From assembly GCF_001412615.1 (NCBI RefSeq), contig NZ_CP013011.1, forward strand, positions 1,230,001 through 1,262,000: a stretch of DNA of 32,000 nucleotides, read 5' to 3'. This stretch comes from Pyrodictium delaneyi (GTDB lineage: Archaea > Thermoproteota > Thermoprotei_A > Sulfolobales > Pyrodictiaceae). Of the stretch, positions 14,091 through 24,666 are shown in pieces. The notes below the pieces were generated by a model. It did not search any database. It worked only from the letters and a program-made list of their open reading frames with translations, and was not told the DNA's origin. Made by a program: the position numbers and the translations under genes. Each line of letters opens with the position of its first letter. The stretch's first letter is position 1.

Positions 14091-14642
14091 GTGTGGGGTA
14101 CTAGATATTTGGGGGACCTTGAGGAGAGTATTTCACTGGCTACGGAATATCGTACACGGGCTTATGGCATTGTCGGGAAATGGTGTCTGCTATGGCCAGT
14201 ACGCCAACTAAAATCCGTAGCACACAGAGTGCTCCCGGGGGGGGGGGGGGGGCTCTGTTATAGTGGCTGCTTGGCGACGTTGCTTCAACACTACGGGATT
14301 TCAGATATTCTTAGCAGAGGGCGCTTCGATTTAGGCTTCATAACACTAGGTATAGTCAATGTCTATGTTGAGGGTGATTGTAAACTCTTCCGGAAATTTA
14401 TGAAGCGTATCAAAGAACGTCTAAATATGTTAAACGTTATCTCGCTAGAGACCGTTTTTGAAGTATTTATGAGTGATGCGAAACGGTGTGTTGTACGTCT
14501 TATGTGGAATGAAGTCATTATAGAAGTGGAGGAAGCCTATTCTAGCTCCCGCTTTCAAATGATAGCCCGTGGTGTTCCCTTGGATGTACTGCTTGTGATT
14601 AAAGATGAATGTGTACGGCATTTGGCCATGAAGGCTAGCTAG
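14091..14642 (+). CDS. Small hypothetical protein, paralogue B (183 aa) of ORF 9986..10396; the poly-G tract lies inside the ORF.
   Basis: It shows the same colinear blocks as paralogue A (LCYSG, EGDCKL, LMWNEVIIE, RGVP). The G16 tract is read as P-GGGGG. The N-terminal 49 aa have no counterpart in paralogue A, so the true start may be the TTG at 14280. Confidence 0.5.
   Translation: MWGTRYLGDLEESISLATEYRTRAYGIVGKWCLLWPVRQLKSVAHRVLPGGGGGLCYSGCLATLLQHYGISDILSRGRFDLGFITLGIVNVYVEGDCKLFRKFMKRIKERLNMLNVISLETVFEVFMSDAKRCVVRLMWNEVIIEVEEAYSSSRFQMIARGVPLDVLLVIKDECVRHLAMKAS
14237..14252 (+). repeat. Homopolymeric G16 tract, followed 1 nt later by the conserved 14-mer TCTGTTATAGTGGC (14254-14267).
   Basis: Counted directly from the sequence: ...gctccc G(16) c TCTGTTATAGTGGC... 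Confidence 0.95.
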
Positions 14643-14850
14643 ATGCTTCCTCTAGCCTTGATATGCAAGACATGGAGCGTTTCGCTCTTTAGGGTCCCCC
14701 GGCCGTCTCGGATTGCATGGCTGAGGAACTAAAAATAGGCCTATATGCTTTGGAACCAAGGGTGAGGCTACCCTGGTCAAAAGGAAGCGTGGGAGGAGAG
14801 AGGAGGAGAGTAAGAAGGAGATACCTCTTCCGAATCAAGAAGAGGGTACC

Positions 14851-15117
14851 ATGCTATGTGTAGTGGTTAGGCTCCTCGGTGCAGACCACCTACTCATTAG
14901 GTGTCAGGATGGTGTCGAGAGGAAGGCGCGTATCCCGGGGAGCCTCCGGCGCCGCATGTGGATGCGGGAGGGCGACATAGTGCTCGCGGCTCCCTGGGAC
15001 TTCAAGCCGGATCGTGCTGACGTTGTATACCGGTACTCCCGGGAGGAGCTCCGTAAACTAGTGGAGAAAGGTATTGTGCCGCAGGAGCTGCTAGAGCTAG
15101 CAGAGGAGCTAGCCTAA
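14851..15117 (+). CDS. eif1a: Translation initiation factor aIF-1A (S1/OB fold). The true start is probably upstream, near 14773.
   Basis: LLIRCQDGVERKARIPGSLRRRMWMREGDIVLAAPWDFKPDRADVVYRY is the eIF1A core. The in-frame upstream extension (KRKRGRREEESKKEIPLPNQEEGT) looks like the usual basic/acidic N-tail, but it contains no ATG, GTG or TTG. Confidence 0.85.
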   Translation: MLCVVVRLLGADHLLIRCQDGVERKARIPGSLRRRMWMREGDIVLAAPWDFKPDRADVVYRYSREELRKLVEKGIVPQELLELAEELA

Positions 15118-15346
15118 ACGCCGGTGTATAGGTGTCAGGGCGCGAGAGATCAGCTACCTCAGTTTTTACGTTGCCAGGCCTTATGTCTAGGCTCCTTTCC
15201 TGCCAGCAGGAGCTTTGGATACCTAGTTGCTTTCTGGCCTCATTTACGGCTACTGGGGCTCCCCGGCCTCCCCGGTGTTATAGCCGCCCCAGCAGGGTGG
15301 CTAGAGCCGCCGGCTGAGCATAAAACCGGGCCCGTGGTGTGTAGCG

Positions 15347-16558
15347 TTGGCTCTACGGCGTGGCGCGGCTACGGCCTTGGCCGCCATTATCGCAGCTGTC
15401 TTCCTGGCTAGTGTGGCTGCGGGTCTCTCCCGGCTGGCGCTCGCCAAGTATCTGCGCGACGATCTCGGCGCGTCTGCGCTGCTGGTCTCGAGCCTTACTA
15501 GCTGGTTTATGGGTGCGCGGGCGTTCTTGTCAGTATTCTCCGGCTTTGCTGCCGATGCTTCCCCGGCTGCTCGGAGGCTGTTCCTCTTCCTGCCCCTAGT
15601 ACTGATAGCCGTCATCGTCTACGTTATCCCCTCCCTGGGGTCGCCCTCGGCCATAATACTGCTCAACGCGGTGTGGGGGTTCCTGAGCGGTGCTCTGTGG
15701 CCGGTCACCCAGACAGTGGCGGCGGTGCTCGCGGCTCCCTGGAGTTCCACGATCATGTCGGTGTACTTTGCCTCGGGGAGCCTCGGCGTCTCAGCGGGGC
15801 AGTATCTCTATGGCTTGTTGCCTCTCAGCAACCAGGACGCGGTCCGGCTATCAGCCGGGCTCTTCGCGGCCTCGGCGGCCGTTATGGCTTACGCGTCCCG
15901 CGTTGCTCCCCCGGCCGGTCCTCGGGCGGGGAGAAAGGGGCCTGGCCGGAGCCGGCTACCAGACGTGCTGAGTGATGGGCTAGCTGTGTGGATACTCTTC
16001 TCGGCCCTCGCTGCCGGTTACCTCTCTGGCCTCCTCAAAGAGTTCCTCTACATCTACCTCGGCGAGGTCTACGGGCTAGACCGCCAGGCTCTAGCATCGT
16101 CGCTCGCCCTAGCAGGCGTGGTCTCGTTCGTTGCTGGGCTCGCCGTCGGCCCCCTAGCGGACCGTGTAGGGGTGGCCCCGGTGCTCGCAGCAGTACTAGC
16201 CATGGGGCTCGTGGGTAGCCTAGCTCTAGGCCTCTCCCCGAGCTTCCCTGGGGCTCTCCTGGGGCTCGCCCTGGCGATGACGGCTGCCCGGAGCAGCCTG
16301 CCGCTCACCAGGAACGCGGCGGCCTTCACAGCGGGCCTCCAGGCCACCCTCGTAGGCGCCTCGAACGCGTTCTCGAACATAGGCCACATGGTGAGCCCAA
16401 TCATAGCAGGACGGCTCTACGACACGCTCCACGGCCAGACCCTGGCCGGGCTCCGGGGCGAGGCTACGCCGTTCCTAACAGCTGCGGTGCTGCTCGCAGT
16501 CACGCTAGCCCTATACCCGGCGAGCGCTAGGCGGCGGCATGGCGGGGAGAAGAGCTAG
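15347..16558 (+). CDS. MFS-type transporter (403 aa).
   Basis: There are about 12 hydrophobic segments in two halves separated by a basic loop (PPAGPRAGRKGPGRSR), which is typical MFS topology. The other ORFs in this region are alternative-frame artefacts of the GC-rich DNA. Confidence 0.75.
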   Translation: MALRRGAATALAAIIAAVFLASVAAGLSRLALAKYLRDDLGASALLVSSLTSWFMGARAFLSVFSGFAADASPAARRLFLFLPLVLIAVIVYVIPSLGSPSAIILLNAVWGFLSGALWPVTQTVAAVLAAPWSSTIMSVYFASGSLGVSAGQYLYGLLPLSNQDAVRLSAGLFAASAAVMAYASRVAPPAGPRAGRKGPGRSRLPDVLSDGLAVWILFSALAAGYLSGLLKEFLYIYLGEVYGLDRQALASSLALAGVVSFVAGLAVGPLADRVGVAPVLAAVLAMGLVGSLALGLSPSFPGALLGLALAMTAARSSLPLTRNAAAFTAGLQATLVGASNAFSNIGHMVSPIIAGRLYDTLHGQTLAGLRGEATPFLTAAVLLAVTLALYPASARRRHGGEKS

Positions 16559-16729
16559 AAACCGGCTATAGGGGACCGGGACTAGATGCCTGATCAGCCT
16601 GGCGGTCTGGCCGATATTGCTAGGCGGTAGAAGTTATACCTGAGCATACGCACCTTGTTAGAAGGCGTAGTCTACTCGGGGTACAGCTGTTCGGGGTGTT
16701 GACTGCTGGGTGGCCGGCGCTATAAACGG

Positions 16730-17491
16730 TTGAAGGATAAGGATCTCTTCGAGACTGTGGAGGAGGTCTGGGACCGGCAGACGCTTCTCGCAGCCTACGA
16801 GGTCATGAGGCGGCTCCGGCTAGATCGGTTCGCGGGCGTGCTGAGCGCGGGTAAGGAGGCCCGGGTCTACCGGGCGATCGGGAGGGATGGCCGCGAATAC
16901 GCTGTCAAGATATACCTCACTGTGACGGCGGAGTTCCGGAAGAGTATACAGAAGTACCTGCTCGGCGACCCCCGATTCGAGAACGTAGACACGAGCAACA
17001 CTAAGAAGTTATTCTTCGCCTGGGCTAGGAAGGAGTTCCGCAACCTTAAGAGGATGTATGAGGCCGGCGTCCGGGTACCTCAGCCCTACCTAGTCTACCA
17101 GAACATCATAGTCATGGAGTTTATTGGCCGCGATGGGCTCCGGGCGCCGACGCTCCACGAGATAAGGCACGAGATCGAGCCGGATGAGGCCGAGCAGCTG
17201 GCCTGGGAAGCCCTAGAGCAGTACACACGGATATACTGCTGCGCTAGACTCGTTCATGCCGACTACAGCGAGTATAATTTAATGTATATCGACGGTAAAC
17301 TCTATGTCATCGATGTAGCGCAAGCGGTGGCTCTGAAGCATCCTAATGCTGAGGACTTTCTTCGCCACGACGTGGAGAACATATACAGGTTCTTCGCTAA
17401 GCAGCTAGGAGTGGAGCTGCCCGAACCAGAGGAGTTGCTAGAGCGGGTGAAAGCATGCAGGATACAGTGCCCCGAGAAGAGAAGCGAGTAG
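16730..17491 (+). CDS. rio1: RIO1-type serine protein kinase.
   Basis: The RIO signatures are LSAGKEARVY, YAVKIY, LVHADYSEYNLMY and VIDVAQAV. Confidence 0.9.
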   Translation: MKDKDLFETVEEVWDRQTLLAAYEVMRRLRLDRFAGVLSAGKEARVYRAIGRDGREYAVKIYLTVTAEFRKSIQKYLLGDPRFENVDTSNTKKLFFAWARKEFRNLKRMYEAGVRVPQPYLVYQNIIVMEFIGRDGLRAPTLHEIRHEIEPDEAEQLAWEALEQYTRIYCCARLVHADYSEYNLMYIDGKLYVIDVAQAVALKHPNAEDFLRHDVENIYRFFAKQLGVELPEPEELLERVKACRIQCPEKRSE

Positions 17492-18081
17492 AGCAGAAGG
17501 CTGCTGTGCCGGGCCTGCTAAGGCTCTACGCTAAGCTGCCCCCAGAGCGGGTAGGCGTACTCATAGGCGAGGGAGGTAAGGTCAAGACCGAGATAATGAA
17601 GCGGACCCGCACCAAGATAACTGTGGACAGCACCACGGGCATGGTGATAATCGAGCCGGAGTCCCCGGACGTACCACCCTTCATGGTGATGAAGGCCCAG
17701 GAGATAGTGAAGGCCATAGCCTACGGGTTTAGCCCGGAGAGGGCGATGAGGCTACTCGATGACGACCAGATACTAGTAGTAGTGGACCTCAAGCAGTACG
17801 TGGGAGACGCGCCTAACCACCTCCAGAGAGTGAAGGGCAGGATTATAGGCGAGAAGGGGAAGGCCCGGAAGACCATAGAGGAGATGACTGGCACATACAT
17901 CTCGATATACGATAACTACGTCGCCATAATAGGTGACTTCGAGACAGCAAACATAGCAAAGCAAGCAATAGAAATGCTCATCCAGGGCCGACAACACAGC
18001 ACAGTCTACAGGTTCCTGGAGCGTACAATGTTCAAGGTACGCAGAAGCCGCATGACCCAGCTCTGGGAGCAGCCCTTCTAG
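17455..18081 (+). CDS. Two-KH-domain RNA-binding protein (archaeal Dim2/Pno1-like), the usual RIO1 neighbour.
   Basis: Two GxxG KH motifs are present: VGVLIGEGGKVK and GRIIGEKGKARKTIEE. The ORF overlaps the end of rio1 by 37 nt, so the start is uncertain. Confidence 0.85.
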   Translation: MQDTVPREEKRVEQKAAVPGLLRLYAKLPPERVGVLIGEGGKVKTEIMKRTRTKITVDSTTGMVIIEPESPDVPPFMVMKAQEIVKAIAYGFSPERAMRLLDDDQILVVVDLKQYVGDAPNHLQRVKGRIIGEKGKARKTIEEMTGTYISIYDNYVAIIGDFETANIAKQAIEMLIQGRQHSTVYRFLERTMFKVRRSRMTQLWEQPF

Positions 18082-18413
18082 ACCAACTTATGCCCTCTTC
18101 TCCGCCCTCTAGGGGCTGTGAAGAGGGCCAGGAAAGCCGACCCCAGGGATGGGGTGTCTCCTGAAGACTGAGCCCCCATACCAGAACAATATACTATGAA
18201 GGTTTGCTAGTTTTCTAAGATACGTGCCTGGACGGGATTGCTTCGCGCCAATAGCGAGGATAACGGCCGTCTAGTTGAACCTTCATATGATGTTCCATAT
18301 GCTGTATAGACTTAGAGGATATGAGGGGAGCTGAGGCAGAGGAGGAGGGGATAACCGAGAAGAAACCGTATGATAGAAAAATGAGCTAGTATATGGACCA
18401 GTAGGTCTTCGCT

Positions 18414-18590
18414 CTACGTTTTAGCTGTTGAAGCTACAAGTCTTCTTAGCGGGAACAATAGTATGTATAGCAGGTACGCGACGCCTATCATCAACGCTGT
18501 TATGAACACTAGAGTTATTGCTATTACACCGGGCTCTATCGCTATCCTATTGACTACTTCGTTTAAGTTGAAGTACTTGGCTATACCCAT
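18414..18590 (-). CDS. Unlisted 58-aa single-TM protein immediately downstream of cydA'; a possible small oxidase subunit.
   Basis: My manual translation is MGIAKYFNLNEVVNRIAIEPGVIAITLVFITALMIGVAYLLYILLFPLRRLVASTAKT. The ATG lies 17 nt after the cydA' stop and is preceded by GGAG. It falls below the 60-aa cutoff of the track. Confidence 0.45.
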   Translation of the reverse strand: MGIAKYFNLNEVVNRIAIEPGVIAITLVFITALMIGVAYLLYILLFPLRRLVASTAKT

Positions 18591-18607
18591 CTCCGAGAGT
18601 ATCGTTG

Positions 18608-19756
18608 CTACCTTGTCGCCCCCTCGAGGAGTACAATGGAGTTAACGGCACTGACTACTGCTGGTAGAGCCTCAGCAGGTATGCTGATGCCGAAACTCTG
18701 CAGCGCGTCTATAGGCACATTTCCTGCTAACACATCGGGCCAGACTGCTATGAAGAACGGGTACTGGCTGAACGCGTTAACGTATTCACCTGCAGCGATA
18801 GTGGCTAGTGCTGCTAGGCCGCCGTAGAGTAGTAGCTTGGCCCTGCTGGTGTCGAGGCTGCCCTTCGTTAGGGCTGGTAGCGCGTAGGCTAGAGCTGCGA
18901 ACTGTACAGCAAGTAGCATCATCTTTAGCAGGAAGAGCCAAGACACGCTGTAGTAGGCCTTGCCGTTGCCAACATTCCAGCCGAGGTCGGCAAACACGTT
19001 GTTAAACTTGTAGGGTATGTTTTGCAGGGAGATAGCGTACCAGAGGCCTAGCAACACCATAGCCACTAGCCCGGCTATGGCTGGCTTAGCGAGCATAGTT
19101 GCTACGCGTAGCGCTATCCTCCGCTCCTCTTCGCTCTCGGCGCGGAAGAATGCCTTGTATGCGTAGGCGCCGGCAACGGCCATGAACGTGGCGGTGAACG
19201 CTGCTACTATGCTCTTTAGGTAGAGTGGTAGGAATGTCGGGTTCTTTGCTAGTGCAGCGCCTACGTCTAAGTACAGCTTGCCCTCAGCGGGGTCGTAGCC
19301 TAGGCCTGCAGGTATGTTGAGAAAGGCGAAGACTACGCGGAACCCTAGGGGTATTAGCAGTGCTGATACGCCTAGCAGTAGGCCTATCAGGTTGTGTACT
19401 GGGCGGCTCCAGCGGCCCCAGCCATACCAATATGCTGTTATAGAGAAGAAGTGTAGCGCTATGGCTAGTATCGAGAGCCCGAATGGTATCAGTGTTATGT
19501 TGCCGGCTACGCCGAGGAAGCCCGGGTAGTAGCTCAGCAGGAATACCGTGAACGCTGTACCGAAGACACCGGCTACGCCATACGTGGCGGCGTAGAACCT
19601 CATCAACGTCCTAGCGACGTCCTCGAACTCGCGTTCTCCCCGCTCTGCTCTCATCTTAAAGTAGGGCACGAGCCACGCTAGCCCTATACCGAGGTTCACC
19701 ATTACCACGTGTATCCCAAATGTAAAAGCGAGGAATAGCGGCGCTAGACCAACCAT
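18608..19756 (-). CDS. Cytochrome bd-type oxidase second subunit of the CydA-paralogue kind (CydA') rather than CydB.
   Basis: The N-terminus FGIHVVMVNLGIGLAWLVPYFKMRAERGEREFEDVARTLMRFYAATYGVAGVFGTAFTVF aligns by eye with the CydA N-terminus in this same window (IEVHWAILQYVIGLPFMAFIALLLYLRSRDEDWKRLAHTLTKGLIIVFAVGAATGTASEF). Confidence 0.7.
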   Translation of the reverse strand: MVGLAPLFLAFTFGIHVVMVNLGIGLAWLVPYFKMRAERGEREFEDVARTLMRFYAATYGVAGVFGTAFTVFLLSYYPGFLGVAGNITLIPFGLSILAIALHFFSITAYWYGWGRWSRPVHNLIGLLLGVSALLIPLGFRVVFAFLNIPAGLGYDPAEGKLYLDVGAALAKNPTFLPLYLKSIVAAFTATFMAVAGAYAYKAFFRAESEEERRIALRVATMLAKPAIAGLVAMVLLGLWYAISLQNIPYKFNNVFADLGWNVGNGKAYYSVSWLFLLKMMLLAVQFAALAYALPALTKGSLDTSRAKLLLYGGLAALATIAAGEYVNAFSQYPFFIAVWPDVLAGNVPIDALQSFGISIPAEALPAVVSAVNSIVLLEGATR

Positions 19757-19852
19757 ATCCTAGGCCACCTCGCCTCCTTAACCCTCATACACGGTGCATG
19801 TGATGCATGAATGTACGTGGAACGTGTAGGAGCTCTACATAGGTCAAAAACC

Positions 19853-21636
19853 CTACATGGTCTTCGGGGGCTTGCCTGGCAGCCATATGAACCGGTAAAC
19901 GGCATACGTCAAAGCTGCCAGCAGTACTATGAAGTACAGCGATACTAGCACTAGCTGCCCTGTTGACGGCGGGTTAAAGCTACGGGCAACATCAACAGTC
20001 ATCACGCCGTATATGGTCCAGGGCTTCCGCCCTACCTCCCTCACAACCCAGCCCAGTGTGCTGACCACCTGCGCAGCTACAGCGGCGACAAGCGCTAGCC
20101 TCAGCAGCTGCCGGGGATACTTCTCCCGTAGCCCTAGCGTGTTTAGTACCCGGTCGGCTAGGCTCCAGTCACGGCGGAGAGCAACCAGCCCCATCAGGAG
20201 CCCGTAGAGACCTATCAGCATAGCTAGGCTGATCTTCGTGTAGTAGACGTAATGGAGCATTATCGGTGGCCTGCAATCCTCTACCGGCGGCGTGCCTGCG
20301 AGCCCGCATTTACAGTAGTCGCTTGGTATTGCGTCGTAGCTTGGCAACTGTGCTTCCGTAGAGCCGTAGGCTATGAAGGCCATTAGCTTCTCTATGCCGA
20401 GCGTCCGGGAGAGGCTGAATATGTGCTCGCTAGTACCCTCCATAGCGGCGAGCTTCTCTGGGTTCCACTGGGCTACTGCGACGCCCATCTCGTGACCGCT
20501 CACTATGCCCTGGAAAGCTATCACGATGGCTGCGAACATGGCGGTGAACTTGAACGCCTTCTCGACGTACCTACGGTAGCCTGGGTCAGTGTTCTCGGGC
20601 ATCCTTAGGAGCCTCATAGTGTAGCCGGCCATAGCGGTGAAGCCAGCCACTGTCAATGCGGAGCCTATGGTGTGGACTATGCTGGCCGGGTACACGGGGC
20701 TCTTGAAGGTCACGCTCATGTAGCCGATCTTCTTCACAGTAGTCATCAGCATATAGTCTAGCACGTTCTTCACTGGTACAGCTAGTAGAGCCTGAACAGG
20801 GTTCTCCGCGCCGGCCAGCGTGGCCTCTGGTAGACCCAGTTTCTCTGCAAGTGCCCTAACTTGATCCATAGTAAGCCCACTAGCCGCCTCGACATCGATG
20901 AACCCGCCTTTAGCGAGTATACTGTCCTTTAGCGCTACACCAGTCCACGCCTCTCTGACGAGCTGCTGTACTATCCTAACCGGGATAGCTACTACCACAG
21001 AGTCTCCAGCGTCCTCGAGCACCTCTACGCCGGCTGCCTGGAGCTTAGGCACGTCTAGGAGCGCTGCAATATCCTTGGGCATGTAGACAGTTATCTTCGG
21101 GTAGCCTTGCTCGTAGAGGTAAGTACCGTCGGGCTTGTAGGCTGGCATGATGCCGGTCGGGGCAACAATGTAGCTATTGACGCTGATAATCATAGCAGCG
21201 CTGTACCAGGCGCCAAGGAAGCCTAGGAACGCTACAAGTGCTAGCGCCTTCGGGGGCAGACGCTTCCATCCATACCACAGCATATAGATGAATACTACCT
21301 CCATGATGAAGGCGAAGATCTCCATGTATAGCGGGAAGTAGATGTAGCGGCCAGCAGCCTCGGTGAGATTCGGCCAGAGCAGCACTAGGCCAAACTCGCT
21401 AGCAGTACCCGTAGCAGCACCTACAGCGAATACTATGATAAGCCCTTGGTTAGTGTATGTGCTAACCTCTTCCAGTCTTCGTCACGGCTTCGTAGATACA
21501 ACAGTAGTGCTATAAACGCCATGAACGGCAAACCAATGACGTACTGTAGTATTGCCCAATGAACTTCTATGCCGATGAACGATAGGATTCTTTCGCCAGC
21601 AGCGGGGTAAGATGCCCAAGTAGCTACCGGGTTCAT
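19853..21636 (-). pseudogene. cydA: Cytochrome bd-type oxidase subunit I (CydA), split by a 1-nt frameshift at about 21437-21447 into 67-aa and 510-aa ORFs.
   Basis: ORF 21636->21433 ends ..AHTLTKGLS*. The next frame reads ..QGLIIVFAVGAATGTASEFGLVLLWPN.. before the GTG called at 21385. The joined sequence TLTKGLIIVFAVGAATGTASEFG parallels E. coli CydA ..[22 protein letters not shown].. as I recall it. Downstream landmarks are IVHTIGSALTVAGF and GHEMGVAVAQWNPEKLAAMEG. Confidence 0.8.
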
Positions 21637-21999
21637 AGTCCTCTGGCACCTCTTGCCCGGAACACGATATTACATAAGTAAAGTACAGATTAGAAAGCAC
21701 TGTCTATCGCTTTTAACCCGTGTACCGTTTACATATGTTGTCATCACCTGCGAGTTTTAAGTATAACTGTAATAGTATCAAACGAAATATAATAGAAACT
21801 AATTCGGTAAAAATATGCTGTTAGATAACAAGGATACATCAAATGTGGATGTCAATAGCAGACAGATGATTTAGTAGAGATAGGGTTCAGAATGCAGTAT
21901 TATAGAGAACGAAATTCTCCCGTCAAGAGAAATGGTATGAAAATACTTGATATAGGCCAAGAAAATAATTGAACGCAATGAATTCCGGCACTATGGAGT

Positions 22000-24231
<2,232 letters not shown>

Positions 24232-24248
24232 TTATATAGTCATGGTCT

Positions 24249-24596
24249 ATGGAGTATGGGTGTAGTATTAAGTCTCCTGGAGAGGCTGGCGTCCTCTTGG
24301 GGCTCTCTGGCGTGGAGGACTACGTGTACGAGACGTGTCTAGGTCTGCGTGAGGCACTCTACGTCACGGCTAGGCTGCTATGCCAGCTAGCCCGGCAGCT
24401 AGGCTTCTGCGAGCTAGCAGACGGCGGCGAGCCCCCGCTAGAGGACGCAGCCATCCTAGTCGAGGAAGCTGGCCTAGACCCGCCGGCGCCGATGCCGAGC
24501 CTAGTCTCGAGCTGTAGCGGCGTGCTAGACGTGCTAGCCCTCCTAGGCCGCGCTGCAAACATTATCGGGGTCGAGCCACTAGCCCGCCCGCTATAG
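24249..24596 (+). CDS. Hypothetical protein (115 aa).
   Basis: This is an ORF with reasonable composition, divergent from cdc48. It has no motifs, and the DNA is GC-rich, so it could be spurious. Confidence 0.35.
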   Translation: MEYGCSIKSPGEAGVLLGLSGVEDYVYETCLGLREALYVTARLLCQLARQLGFCELADGGEPPLEDAAILVEEAGLDPPAPMPSLVSSCSGVLDVLALLGRAANIIGVEPLARPL

Positions 24597-24666
24597 AGGA
24601 TGACTCGGCTGCCGAACCTTCTTTCTAGTAGACTCCCCGGCCTCTAGAGGGCCCTGGGGCTGGGTC

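Noticed and set aside
15124-16432. Multiple ORFs overlapping or preceding the MFS gene (15124..15411, 15301..15615(-), 15360..15599, 15673..15975, 15988..16218, 16069..16404(-)).
   Set aside because: They are GC-rich alternative-frame artefacts. The 403-aa frame alone gives a coherent 12-TM-like hydrophobicity pattern.
18092-18128. A 9-bp inverted repeat, gccctcttc-N19-gaagagggc, just after the KH-protein gene.
   Set aside because: It is hairpin-like, but no T-tract follows it. It might be a structured 3' end, but I have no support for a terminator or an ncRNA.
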